A stretch of 64,000 bases of DNA from Octopus vulgaris (Eukaryota), in the NCBI GenBank assembly GCA_951406725.2, contig OX597820.1:56048001-56112000 (forward strand), read 5' to 3'. The position numbers were made by a program, and so were the translations under genes. The notes under the pieces were generated by a model, which made no database searches, had not been told where the DNA came from, and saw only the letters and a program-made list of their open reading frames with translations. Positions within the stretch are counted from its first letter, which is position 1; every line of letters begins with the position of its first letter. Shown in pieces: positions 12,855 through 25,890 of this stretch.

Positions 12855-13338
12855 TTTACTTGTTTCAGTCATTTGACTGTGGCCATGCTGGAGCACCACC
12901 TTTAGTTGAGCAAATTGACCCAAAGACTTATTCTTTGTTAGCCTAGAACTTATTCTATTGGTCTCTTTTGCTGAACTGCTAAGTTATGGGGATGAAGACA
13001 CACCAGTGATGTTGAGGGAGGAGACAAACACAAGCACACAATCATATACACACACATACATATACATATATACGACAGGCTTCTTTCAATTTCCGTCTAC
13101 AAAATACACTCACAAGGCTTTGGTTGACCCAAGTCTATAGTAGAAGACGCTTACCCAAGGTGCCACGCAATGGGACTGAACCCAGAACCATGTGGTTGGT
13201 AAGCAAGCTACCTACCACTCAGCCAAACATGTATACATGTGTGTGTGTGTGTTTTCATGAGTCCAACAGAAAAATAGTAATAAAGTGGGTGTATCATTAG
13301 TATTTATATAATATTATAGTCTCACAACAGCCAATTAA

Positions 13339-13475
13339 CTTCACAAAATTGTTTCAAGCCAAAACCTTCCTAGAAATGAAGAAGTAATGATAGCAATCAT
13401 CAGATATGGCTCGGCATGTCCAATGATTGTTAATTTTACTTCTCCATTTCTGGAAGGGTTTTGGCATGAAACTGT
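13339..13475 (-). ncRNA. Penelope-like fold-back with a degenerate hammerhead-like motif
   Basis: Inverted arms about 13351-13387 and 13436-13472. Minus strand has CTGATGA (13403-13397)...GAAA (13355-13352) CAATTTTG. Confidence 0.45.
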
Positions 13476-13536
13476 AAGGCAACATCAAGTAGCTGTCATG
13501 AGATTATTTTATTACATAAATATTACTAATGATATA

Positions 13537-13583
<47 letters not shown>

Positions 13584-14220
13584 GTACATATATATATGTG
13601 AGTGTGTATAATTTTTTATAAATGAATACTGCACAGCTGTACAAATGTTTTAATGTTATTGCAAAGAAAATATAATCCCTTCAAACATTTGAAGCATACA
13701 CACACACACACACACAAAGCACACACAGATGTATATATATATTACCGTAAATCCTCAAGTATAATCCGCATTTTTTTCCCAAAATTTAAAGGTCAAAATC
13801 CCTAGTGCGTACTATATCATCATAATCATCATCATCGTTTAACGTCTGCTTTCCATGCTAGCATGGGTTGGACGGTTCACCTGGGGTCTGGGAAGCCAGA
13901 AGGCTGCACCAGGCCCAGTCTGATCTGGCAGTGTTTCTACAGCTGGATGCCCTTCCTAACGCCAACCACTCTGAGAGTGTAGTATATATATATTATATAG
14001 TAAGAGCAGGAAAAATTACATCAAAAAGCCACATAAGATATACTTCCATAATATAAATAATATTTATAATTAGATAAATATATAGAATATATAGACCGAT
14101 AGAATAAGTACTAGGCTTCCAAAGAATAAGTCCTGGGGCCGATTTTCTCGACTAAAGGTGGTGCTCCAGCATGGCTGCAGTCAAATGACTGAAACAAGTA
14201 AAAGAGAGTAAAAGAGTATA

Positions 14221-15022
14221 TATAGTATGATTATTAAAAAAGTTTGAGATATCTTACGATCGTTTCATGAATGTTTTACCCTTCAAAATAAAATCCAAAA
14301 CTGATAATCATTATTAGGCAATACATCCACTCGTCAGAGAAAAGGATGAATTTCCGTGTAGTCATTCCAGGTGCCATTATATTAAACATTTGCAAAGAGT
14401 AACCATGCCATGCACAAAAAATTCAGCAGAAATGTCAGATTTTCAAAGAGGTCATATTGTTGGGCAATCTGAGGCTGGTCTTTGCCAAAGAAAAATTGCC
14501 GAAAATCTTCAAATTCCTTTTGCTAGTGTAAATAGAATTATAGTGCAATTCAAAAGTCAAGGAAATAATCAATAGATTTTTGTCCTGGCTGACCTGGGCC
14601 CTTGGAAAGGAAGCTTCGCTGTTTGAAGAGAATTGTGGAAAATGAACCCCGTTCAAAGGCTTCTGATATTGCAAAACAGCTAGAAGTTAGTCCAAGAACA
14701 TGTGTTACATATCTGCATAAGCTTGGATATTATGGAAGAGCCGCTAGAAGAAAACCTCTCCTTCAACCAATTAATATCATGAAAAGAAAGAAATGAGGAG
14801 ATGCCAGAAAAATCCAGTTCATTTTAGGATAGAGTGATTTTCTCAGATGAACCCAGATTTGCATTATTTTCAGACAGTAGACGTATTTGGGTCCGGAGGC
14901 TTCCCAATCAAGAATTTGATTTGAAACAACTCCAACCAACTGTGAAACATGACAGTATCTCTGTAATGGTATGGGGAGCTGTCACCAGCAATGGTCGTTC
15001 TGAGTTGATTGAATGTGTTATA
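14221..15022 (+). mobile_element. Tc1 transposon, 3'-truncated and frameshifted transposase
   Basis: MSDFQRGHIVGQ..CQRKIAENL (HTH), ARRKPLL, VIFSDE.RFALFSD, PTVKH.S.SVMVWGAV. Breaks into a (TAGA)n array. Confidence 0.9.
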
Positions 15023-15029
15023 TAGTTAT

Positions 15030-15039
15030 ATAGATAGAC

Positions 15040-15077
<38 letters not shown>

Positions 15078-15124
15078 GTAGATTGATTGATAGATAGATT
15101 GATAGATAGATAGGTACATAGATT

Positions 15125-15173
<49 letters not shown>

Positions 15174-15278
15174 GTAGATTGATAGATAGGTAGATATATA
15201 GATAGGTAGATTGATAGATAGATAGGAAGATAGGTTGATAGATACAGATAGATAGACAAATAGATAGATAGGATAGAT
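15030..15278. repeat. (TAGA)n microsatellite
   Basis: Direct inspection. Confidence 0.95.
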
Positions 15279-15968
15279 GAAGAGGGAAAGAGTATATGTG
15301 AGTGTGATTATGTGTAGATGAGAGAGAGAGAGGGAGAGAGAGAGGGAGAGAGAGAAGAAACATAATTATTGCATATGTGAGTGTTGATAAGGAGAGAGAT
15401 GGAGAGACGGGCAGAGAAAGGGAGAAGGAGATAGAAACACAGATAGAAAGACAGACAAAACAGAAATAGTGTGATATATAAAGAACTGTATTAGACTCTG
15501 TGTGTGTGTGTGTGTGCATACATATGTGTATATGTCTGTGTGTATTTGTGTGTACTTATTTAGCCCCAGTAAAAGAAGGAAGTGTTGTTTTCACATGGTG
15601 TTAGGCACACTATACAATGTCTGTGTAAAGCTTATATGAAACTTTTATATCTTTTATTATCTAACTAGTACTATTTATATTTTGGTACATTGGAAGTGTG
15701 GTGAGAGGTGGCCTGTAGGTGAGTGAGAAGTATTTATCTTATTTAATCCTAACTGCAGCTAAACTAACATCTTGTGATGCCAGGTACCATCCCAGTTAGT
15801 TGTGATTCAAGGTAGAACAGTAATTCACCCACGAAAATAAATAAAAACGAAATAAAAAAATATGTATATTATGAATGAAATAATGTCAAAGAACAGAACA
15901 AATGTTTCTTTTTAAATCAAATATTTCCCATCTGAATTGAGGTGTACCATATTCAACATTCCTGCCCT

Positions 15969-16042
<74 letters not shown>

Positions 16043-16188
16043 CATGCATACATATACATATATATACATATATATATATATATACATACATACATATACA
16101 TATATACGTATGTATATATGTATATAAGTATGTGTATATATACACACACATATATATATATATATATGTGTATATATATATATATACA

Positions 16189-16590
16189 CATCATCATCAT
16201 CATCATCGTTTAATATCTGCTTTCCATGCTAGCATGGGTTGGACGATTTGACTGAGGGCTGGCGAACCAGATGGCTGCACCAGGCTTCAATCTTGATCTG
16301 GCAGTTTCTACAGATGGATGCCCTTCCTAACGCCAACCACTCCGAGAGTGTAGTGGGTGCTTTTACATGCCACCGGCATGGGGGCCAGTCAGGCGGTACT
16401 GGCAAAGACCTCGCTTGAATCTTTTTACACATGCCACTGGCACAGGTGCCAGTAAAGCGTTGCTGGTAACGATCAAACTCGAATAGTGCCTTTTACGTGC
16501 CAGTTAGCTGCTCTGGCAATGATTACACTTGGATGGTGCTCTTAGCACCCTACTAGCACGGGGCTCAAGTGCCAGTAAGGCAATGCTGGT
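16189..16590 (-). mobile_element. Non-autonomous RTE-related element with (GAT)n tail (copies also near 11600-11840, 13817-13985, 24310-24585, 31078-31360, 40866-41025, 45349-45940)
   Basis: Recurring ggttggcgttaggaagggcatcca...tccaacccatgctagcatggaaagc..a..ttaaa.gatgatgat module. Confidence 0.8.
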
Positions 16591-16608
16591 ACTGGGCTGT
16601 GTGGTAAG

Positions 16609-18535
16609 TTAGTTAGTTAGTTAGTTAATTTGGCTCAAAAGCAAATAGCAAGGCCATGTAGGGGGACATGGAGTTAAGTACAGGGTGGTGTTCATGTAAA
16701 GAGTTCAAGCCACTTGAGGTCCAGGGAGGCTTTGAACAAAGCGGTCGTCGGCATCTTTACCATCTCGTCTGGCAGCTTGTTCCACGGATCCGCAACCCGG
16801 ACGGAGAAAGCTCCTCTCCTTCGATTTAGATGAAATCGTCGCAGGTAGAGCTTTTCGGAATGACCCCGCAGCCGACGCTCTGGAGCAGGAGTGAAGAACA
16901 GCTCTTTCGAGAGGTTACACTTTCCGCTTATGATGTTGTGGGCGAGAATGAGATCACCACGGCGGCGGCGTTTTTCAAGAGAATAAAGGTCGAGCGTCCT
17001 CAGCCTTTCTTCGTAGGACAAATGCTTGAGACCATGAACCATGCGGGTAGCCAGCTTCTGGACTCTTTCGAGATGCTGTATGTCTTTGAGGAGATAAGGA
17101 GAAGAGGCTTGAATTCCATACTCCAATATGGGTCTCACCAGCGTGACATAGAGTGGTAGGAATATGGCTGCTGTGAGCATTCCGAATGACCGTCGAATCA
17201 AGAACAGAATTCCGCGTGCTTTGTTGGCAGCATGGACGCACTGGGCCGAAGGCGAAAAGGAGGAATCCACCAAGATACCCAGGTCCTTTACCTGATCGGT
17301 CCTCTCCAGCAGCAGAGCGACCCGGCTCGAAATCAAGTTGAGTTGCAGGAGTAGAGCCGACAGGCAGATGACAGCACTTTGACATGTTCAGACACAGGTC
17401 CCAATCGTTAGACCACTTCCAAATTTGGTGGATGCATCGACGAAGATCCTCTATATTACCGCGAGGAGCGACCAGTTTGATATCATCGGCAAATAGAAGG
17501 GTGTGTTGCGTGAGGTCGTCGGGCAAGTCATTTATGAAGACTAAGAACAACAAGGGCCCAAGCACTGAACCTTGAGGCACGCCACTGCTCGCACTGGAGA
17601 TGTCGGACCGCGAACCATTAACTTGGACTTGGAAGGAGCGATCTGAGAGGAAGGCACCAACCCATCGTACAATATCTGGATGGAAACTATATGCTTGAAG
17701 CTTGACAAGTAATAGGCGGTGGTTTACCGAGTCAAAAGCTTTGGCAAAGTCCAATAAAACGATGTCAACAGCATCACTATCATCGAGGGATGCGCGTCAC
17801 CAATTCTTCCATTACTAGTAAGTTGGTCAAGCATGATCTCTTTGGCACGAAGCCGTGTTGGGAATCAGAGATAGAGGCTGTGTTTAGGAGGTGGAGCACC
17901 ATACTTTTCTTCAGGATGGTTTCGAACATCTTGCTGATTATTGATGTAAGGGAAACCGGTCGGTAGTTAAGCGGGTCTTCGCGGCTCCCTTTCTTGAAAA
18001 TTGGGCAGATTATCGCTGTTCTCCAGTCTGCAGGTATAACACCCGTCGCCAATGACATATTGAATAGTCGTGTTAAGGGCTCGCAGATGACTGGAGCCAA
18101 CGCTTTGATAACCCGTGGGTGTATGCCGTCAGGGCCGTGACCCTTGTTGACATCGAGGCCTTGAATAACACGTTTGACTTCATCCCGCGTGATGACCAAT
18201 CGAAGCATTGGAGGTACCGATCTATCAAATGGAGGGGGTTCACGACCATCATCTTGTTTGAAGATAGTTGAAAAAGCCTCGGCAAATAATTGACTCTGTT
18301 GATAAGGGTCCTCAATCAATACGCCTGTTGAGTCTACCAACGTTGCAATCTGGTTGTTTAAGCGGGAATTCCGCTGGACATGGGCAAAGAATGTTTTTGG
18401 ATTGCTACTGGCATTTGCCGCGATTTTGTATTCATAACTGAAGCGTTCTTTCTTTTCAATTTTCACGGCTCAGTCTCGTTGAGTTTTGTACACCTCAAAA
18501 GCTGCAGTCGAATCCAGATTTTTGAATTCAGCCTG
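16609..18535 (-). mobile_element. 5'-truncated CR1-clade LINE (reverse transcriptase) with short 3' UTR and (CTAA)n tail
   Basis: GPDGIHPRV, NYRPVSLTS, QHGF, DFAKAFDSV, GVPQGSVLGPLLF, LFADDIKL, RRRRGDLI, WNKLP. Two +1 frameshifts (about 17790 and 17317) and one TGA near 18470. Confidence 0.95.
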
Positions 18536-19547
18536 AAGCTTGCTTCTCAACCACATGGTTCTGGGTTCAGTTCTACTGTGTGGTACCTTGAGCAAGTGTC
18601 TTCTACTATAGCCTCGGGCCAACCAAAGCCTTGTGAGTGGATTTGGTAGACAGAAACTGAAAGAAGCCCGTCATATATATATAAGCTAGGAAAAATTATA
18701 AAAAGACAGAATGGTAAATTGAAGGTAAATTTTAATAAAAATGGGTGTAAGGAAAATTAAAAAAATTAAAAATTAAAAAAAATTAACTCTAACCAGTTTT
18801 CATCGCAATGCAATTTTTCAAGAATTGAAAGGTGAAAAGAAATTTTTTTTAAATTGAGGAAGGGGAAAAAAGAAATTTACATTGTTTTTTTCAGAAAAAT
18901 AATAATAAACATATACAAAAATTAAAAAATAGGTATACCAATACACTGTAAAGTGTTTGTTCTTTGAGTTCAATGGTAGTCCTTGGAAAAATTTCCTTGG
19001 AGGATTAAGATCCATGTGATTAAACATGGTACAAACATCCTAAACTAAGCACCACTCTGTGGTGTGGTTGGCATTAGGAACCATACCAAAACAGACAATG
19101 GAGCCTGATGTGGACCATGGCCTTATCAGCTCTGGTCAAACTATCCAACCCATGCCAGCATGAAAATCAGACAGTAAATGATGATGATGATGATGACGGT
19201 AATGATGATGATGATGATGATGATATTTCATTTGTCATATAACTACATTTTGATCTTGAATTATAACTATTTACTAACTGGTACAGCTCTGGTATAAATA
19301 TTTTCCACTACCTTTGATACCAAAGAACAATAGTGTAGAATAAGAACTAGCAATGTAAGCAAAACAAATCAGACAAAACAGTAACCAAAAGCAGAGACAG
19401 TTGTAAGTGCAAGATTATATTTAGCCTAACTGGGGGAACTACCTTTGCCAGATGTTAACCAGACATCAGCATAGTTTTGACACCTCGCGTATGTGTGTGC
19501 GTTCATGCATACATGTGTGTGTGTGTATATATATATATATATGTATA

Positions 19548-19594
<47 letters not shown>

Positions 19595-19785
19595 GGAATT
19601 AGAAGGTTCAATTCTTCACAGGAACTATTGATTTCATCCCAGATGGGAATCTTTGGTCTGAGGATTCCAATCTGAGGTGAAACCTCTGGTCATGTTGAAG
19701 GCATTGAACCATATAATTCTCACAATGAAGTTTTTAATCTGCAAATGTACCAAGTTCGCACTTAAGAGTAGTAATACATATTACA

Positions 19786-20195
19786 GTTATTTTCGGTTTG
19801 AACGGCAGTTTTTTCTAGCGGTGTCATATGAAATTGTCACCCATTATTATGACCCTAGTATCGATCTATTGCATTTCAATCTATTTTAGGGTTAGGGTTA
19901 GGGGAAGGGTATCTTTTTTTCTTCACAATTGTAAATAAACCCAATCTGTTTCTTAAATGAGGGACATTTTCATACGGCACAGAATGTTTTCACCTCAATA
20001 GACGTCATTGATTGGTTGAAATTGCAGAAATTGAAGAAAAAAAAGAACAAATATCTTACAAACTATAGAATTTTCTCAATAAAGCCAAGAGAAAAAGATG
20101 TTTTATAAACACATTCTAGAAGTATACGAAGTTTAAAAGTGTTTAGTTACGTGGAAATTATTTTAAAAAACTGCCGTTCAAACCGAAAAGATCCC
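19786..20195. mobile_element. Merlin-like MITE with internal (TTAGGG) repeats
   Basis: TIR ttttcggtttgaacggcagttttt/aaaaactgccgttcaaaccgaaaa, 8-bp TSD atattaca at 19778-19785 and 20196-20203. Confidence 0.7.
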
Positions 20196-20721
20196 ATATT
20201 ACACTTTATTTACATTTACATGTACACATATACAAATTCACTGAGCAAGATATACAGTTGAAAAAGAGTAAGAAAGAAGGAAGATGAGGAGGAAAGAGAT
20301 ATTAAGTAATATGTGTCTCTGTTATATCGTCTATTAAATATTTCAAACAGACATGGACCAGTCAAGCTGGCCATACATACATAATATAACATTCTGAGAA
20401 CAGAGAACAGAAGGAGAGAGAGGGAGAGAAAGAGAGAGAGAGAGAGCAATGAGAGCAGTTCTAAGTGAATAAGCTAATGAGAAATGTTAAAAATTGTATA
20501 AGAGGTGATTGGATGAGAAATTGGTAGCAAAGGGGAAGTGATTAAGTCAAAGGGAATAATAGATGTAAAGATTAGATCTTGACTGTTTAATGAGTCTGCC
20601 ATTTGTACTTACAGAATAACAGTTGATTGTAGACACACACAAACAAGTGCACACATACAAACATGTATAACTGCTTGGATATGTTTCCATGCTTTTTAAC
20701 ATTACTTTCGCATTGAATATA

Positions 20722-20763
<42 letters not shown>

Positions 20764-20802
20764 CATACATACACACACATACATACATATCTACATATAT
20801 AT

Positions 20803-21112
20803 ATCACGTGATCACGTGACCGAACAGGCTATCAGATGTTGCTACACATCGCTGGTCACAATGCGCTTTGCATTGTTTTGGCCTTCAAACGATGCCACTC
20901 TGCTGGCTAAGTGAGCAGGCCAATAGAAGAAAGAGTGAGAGAAAGTTACGACCAAAGAGTACAGCAGGGATCGCCACCACCCACTGCCAGAGCCTCGTGG
21001 AGCTTTAGGTGTTTTCGCTCACTAAACACTCACAATGCCCGGTCTAGTAATTGAAACCACAATCCTATGACCACGAGTCCGCTGCAGTAACCACTGGGCC
21101 ATTGTGCCTCCA
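20803..21112 (-). mobile_element. tRNA-derived SINE family B
   Basis: Head tggagg-caatggcc-agtggtt...ggtttc-att-c-agaccgggc-ttgtg shared with 23162, 32394 and 59920. Confidence 0.8.
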
Positions 21113-21203
21113 CACACACATATATATATACACACACACACACACATGTAAATATATACATATACATACACACACACACAGCCACATCTCGCTTTATCAA
21201 TCT

Positions 21204-21237
<34 letters not shown>

Positions 21238-21279
21238 TTATTTACATATGTATGCATGCAGACATCCATGTATGTATAG

Positions 21280-21620
21280 CACAACTAGTAGAAGAACTGA
21301 AGTTGAAATTTCAAACACGGAAGCAAAATTTGGAGATGAAGAGCCTTAAGAAAAATTCAATGAAAACAACAAAAGTTTTAGTGAGTAGGGAGTGGCTGTG
21401 CCCCACCTACAGAGTTGACAGAAATTCTATAAGGTGTGCCCAACGTAATCAATGGACACACAAAAGGTGTAAGGGGATCAAAGGCAGGCTAACAGAGAAG
21501 GCAGGTTTCAAATTAGGCAGGTGTACTGAGGCTGTAAGAACAAAGAGTATTTGGAAAATAGATTCTCTCAAATGTGCTGGCAGTCCCTTAGAAGTGGTTG
21601 ATAGCTTTTGCTACTTAGGT
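21280..21620 (+). mobile_element. RTE reverse transcriptase fragment with a Cys-rich (PHD-like) insert
   Basis: ..KTTKVLVS..NSIRCAQRNQWTHKRCKGIKGRL..LEVVDSFCYLG. Confidence 0.75.
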
Positions 21621-22139
21621 GCAGTTGTAGCTGTATGGTTATGAAGCTTGCTTCCCAATTATGTGGTTTCAGGTTCAATCCCACTGTGTGACAACATTGC
21701 AACTTGAGCAAGTATCTTCTGTTTATAGTCTTGGGCTGGTCAAACCCTTGTGAGTGGATTTGGTAGCCATGTATGTGTGTGTGTGTGTGTGTGTGTGTGC
21801 ATGCATGTGCATGTGAGAGTGCATGTGCATGCGAATGTGTATGTGCATGTGTGTGTGTTTGTATGTATCCATGTCTTGACATCGTGTGATGATTGTAAAT
21901 GAGCATTATACTAGCATACAAGTGAGGTTATTTGTTTCAAATCTTTCATGAATAAACATGTTTGGCCAATGGAGAAATATGGACCTTGCTTGGAAACAAG
22001 TGAGAGTTAGCAATAGGAAGGACATCTGCCCATAGAAAATCTGCTTCAACAAATTCCATCTTACCCAGGCATTCATTGGAAAAGTGGACATCAAATGACA
22101 AATGTCAGTGGTGGTAGTGTTGTTCTTGTTGCTGTTGCT

Positions 22140-22280
22140 GTTACCAAATCAGAAATGGGAGTGCCCGGTAGAGCTGTTACAAAAGTCTGCTTCCTTGGTA
22201 CAGCCAGAATCATCAGGGAAATATTAGATAGTTGAAAAAAAACAGCATTGTACCATAGGTTGCAACCCTGCTATGCATAT
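22140..22280 (+). mobile_element. 3' end of a restriction-like-endonuclease non-LTR retrotransposon
   Basis: ELLQKSA-LGTARIIREILDS* (one frameshift), a typical RLE-clade C-terminus. Confidence 0.5.
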
Positions 22281-23019
22281 GTGCAGACAAAATTAATGAA
22301 TTTTTAATTTTACAAATTCATTGGTCTGCAACCTGTATATTACTGTTTTTGGTCTTCAGGTTTCAGCCATGTTTTTTTTCTTTCTCATGCAGGTAAAAAT
22401 TAGACTTCGCCATGAGGCAATTTCAAATTTGAATGTAGGGTCAAATTGCTCCTAATGATGAGGACTTCTTAACTCCTGTACAATATTGTCACTCAAACTC
22501 TTAGAAATAGAAGTCAAATCACAAACTTAGGTTAGGTCCATCATGAGCTCTAGGGCTCGTAAGGCTTAACCCCAGATTCCACAGCATATAAATGACTGAG
22601 ATTACAACACTTTCCCCCAACTCTGAATGGGAACCAGGTTACACACAGTTAACTGCCCAGCTATTGTTGGAACCTATTTACAGCTAAACTGACTGAAGCA
22701 ATATGAAATGAATGCTTTACTCAATAACTCAATATACTGCCTGGTTCAAAAATTGAAACCACAATCTTAGAATTATGACAACAAAACTCTAACCATTAAG
22801 CCATGTGCCCTCACAAATCACACAGTACTGTCTTAAAAAAACCCCAAAAGATGCATTATTAAATTTGATGGCCATGACTGGAATGCTATTGATTATAAGC
22901 CTGCTTCAATAAGGCCATGTATAGAACTAAACAACCATGAACAAATACCAAAAATGAAATCACAATAATGTTTATGTGGGTTGGGGGTGTTGTTGAACAC
23001 ATGCTCATTTAAAAAATAG

Positions 23020-23399
23020 GTGGCTCCGGGTTCTGTCCCACTGCATGGCACCTTGGGCAAGTGTCTTCTACTATAGCCTCAGGCTGACCAAAGCCTTGTG
23101 AGTGGATTTGGTAGACGGAAACTGAAAGAGGTCTGTCATAATATGTATATAATATGTATATGGAGGCGCAATGGCCTAGCGGTTAGGGCAGCGGACTTGC
23201 GGTCGGAGGATCGCGGTTTCGATTCCCAGACCGGGCGTTGTGTGTGTTTATTGAGCGAAAAAAACACCTAAAAGCTCCACGAGGCTCCGGCAGGAGGTGG
23301 TGATCCCTGCTGTACTCTTTCACCACTCTAAAAGGCGGTGCTCCAGCATGGCCGCAGTCAAATGACTGAAACAAGTACAAAAAAAAAAAAAAAAAAAAA

Positions 23400-23439
<40 letters not shown>

Positions 23440-23790
23440 CGGGAAGGTTTACGAAAATAAACAAAAGACGAAGGCAGGTGGAGTACAAACAAACAAATGT
23501 ATTAGTATGGCGCTCAGGAATAGAAATAGAACAAGTCTTTTACGTTTCGAGCCTTGTATGTTTGTATGTGTTTATGTTAGGGTGTCTGTGTCTGTCCTCC
23601 CAACATTGCTTGACAACCGATAGTGGTGTGTTTACGTCTCCATAACTTAGCGGTTCGGCAAAAGAGACCGATAGAATAAGTACTAGGCTTACAAAGAATA
23701 AGTCCTGGGTTTGATTTGCTCAACTAAAGGTGGTGCTCCAGCATGGCCACAGTCAAATGACTGAAACAAGTAAAAGAGAGTAAAGAGTAA
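23020..23790 (+). mobile_element. SINE A with nested B/A chimeric SINE (23162-23400) and Penelope-like fragment (23441-23553)
   Basis: The host head (23020-23140) and tail (23555-23790) are separated by the two inserts in the internal microsatellite. Confidence 0.8.
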
Positions 23791-25068
23791 ATAAAATTAA
23801 TTAAAAAGTAGGTTATAAAAAGTAAGTTATAGACACCGAAGAATGTTTTATAGACAATTAGATAAAAACACATGCACTAGAGCAGAAAATAAGATATTCT
23901 AAAACAAATTTAAAGTAGTGCTCATTAAGTGTTTCATTAATAATATATTCTATAAATATACCTGGACCAGCTTATGAGTATCTAAAGTACAACAAACAGT
24001 TCACATGAGGTCTTTTAGTTATAATCATGTCTTCTCTTCCAAATACTGAATTTGAAACTAAAAAAGCTGACTCTGTTGATTAAAGAGGATTTATTTTATC
24101 CTTTATTTATTTATCATTTACTTGTTTTAGTCACTGGACTGCAGCCATGCTGGGACACCACCTTGATTTGTTTTAATTAAATAAATTAACCCCGGTACTT
24201 ATTTAACAGTAAACAAACCAATACTGGTTGTCAAGCAGAGGTGGGGGCAAACACAGACACAATCTCACACATTCACACAGACACATGCTTATATATATAT
24301 ATATATTGCTTCACTGGCACCTGTGAAGCCGGTGGCAAGTGTAAAAAGATTTGAGCAAGGTCGTTGCCAGTGCCGCCTGACTGGCCCCCGTGCCGGTGGT
24401 ACGTAAAAAGCACCACCCACTACACTCTTGGAGTAGTTGGCGTTAGGAAGGGCATCCAGCTGTAGAAACTCTGCCAGATCAAGATTGGAGCCTGGTGCAG
24501 CCATCTGGCTTGCCAGCCCTCAGTCAAAATCGTCCAACCCATGCTAGCATGGAAAGCGGATGTTAAACGATGATGATGATGATGAAATACACACACACAT
24601 TTGAAAGTCTTTGTGAAAAGTTACTTAATACAACTTTTAAGTATAAAGGGGAATTTTTTAAATAAAATTATTTTTAAAAAAAATTACAAAACTCTTATAT
24701 TAGGATGTTACTAACTGTTGTTGGAAGAAATTTTGTTCCTAGTGTGAGCACTTTTAATTAACCTTTTCAAATACACCTGCTCTTAGTTAATGTGTGTGTG
24801 TATGTATTTATATATATATTCATTTTGCTGAACCACTAAGTTATGAGGATGTAAATCTACCAACACTGGTTGTCAGGTAGTGATGGGGGGGGCGACAATC
24901 TCAGATATGCACACACACACGACAGGCTTCTCTCAGTTTTTGTCAACCAAATCCACTCACAAGGCATTGGTTGGCCCGAAGCTATAGTAGAAGATACTTG
25001 CCCAAACTGATTGAACCCAGGATCATGTGGTTAGGAAGCAAGCTTCTTACCACACAGGCATGCATGTG

Positions 25069-25103
<35 letters not shown>

Positions 25104-25535
25104 TGATCATCATTATCTAATGTCCGTTTTCCATGCTGGTATGAGTTGGATGGTTTGACAGGTGCTGGCAGGGCTGGGAGCCACAGCAGATTCCATTGTT
25201 TATTTTGGCATGGTTTCTACTGCTGGATACCCTTCCTAACACCAATACATACATACATACAATGGGCTTCCATACAGTTTCCATCTACCATATTCACACA
25301 TCCCAAAACTACAAGGCTGCAAATGTGAGCTTCTTAATTCAAGTCATGCTTCTACCTACTGACAATTTTCTTTAAAAGAAAACATGGATGAGAACTTCTT
25401 AAAATTGATTTCAGAAAGTTTACATCCAATATCATTCTTTTATTGGTTTTCAGTCACAAGAGCACCAAATTATATTGGGTTCAGTCACTGGAGAACCTTA
25501 ATTTTAAAAAGTACATTTGATTATATCAACATCAG

Positions 25536-25890
25536 TACAAGGTTTGATCAATAGGTATCTGGACTGTTGCCATAGTAACGAAGCTAAAGCATGCAGAGGG
25601 AGGCCATTTGGCAAAGATTGACCTTGAACTTTGCTGTGCATGTGCACTAAGTTTTAACATTCTAGTTCACTTCCGCTGTTTACAGCAGTGCTTGGAAGGA
25701 AGGTGTATAGTGTGAGATTGTCGTATTGACCATGACAGAGAAAGTTGTCATGGTGATACCTACTCAGAGGTCTCACAAAATTGTAGAAAGTGTATGGAGA
25801 GGAGTGTATGAGCCACACACAAGTGTACGGTTGGTTCAGACGTTTCCAAGACGGCAAAAAAATGTTGATATTGATGAATGTTCTGGGAGG
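25536..25890 (+). mobile_element. Mariner 5' fragment (TIR, leader, transposase N-terminus)
   Basis: tacaaggtttgatcaata..tatc.ggact terminus, MTEKV... through NVDIDECSGR. Homologous to 27172-27460. Confidence 0.75.

Noticed and set aside
22371-22398. Plus-strand polypyrimidine-CAG|GTAAAA recursive-splice-like site
   Set aside because: Antisense to the only supported gene.
23162-23235. tRNA gene
   Set aside because: The tRNA-like head continues into a SINE body with no terminator, and several diverged copies occur in the window.
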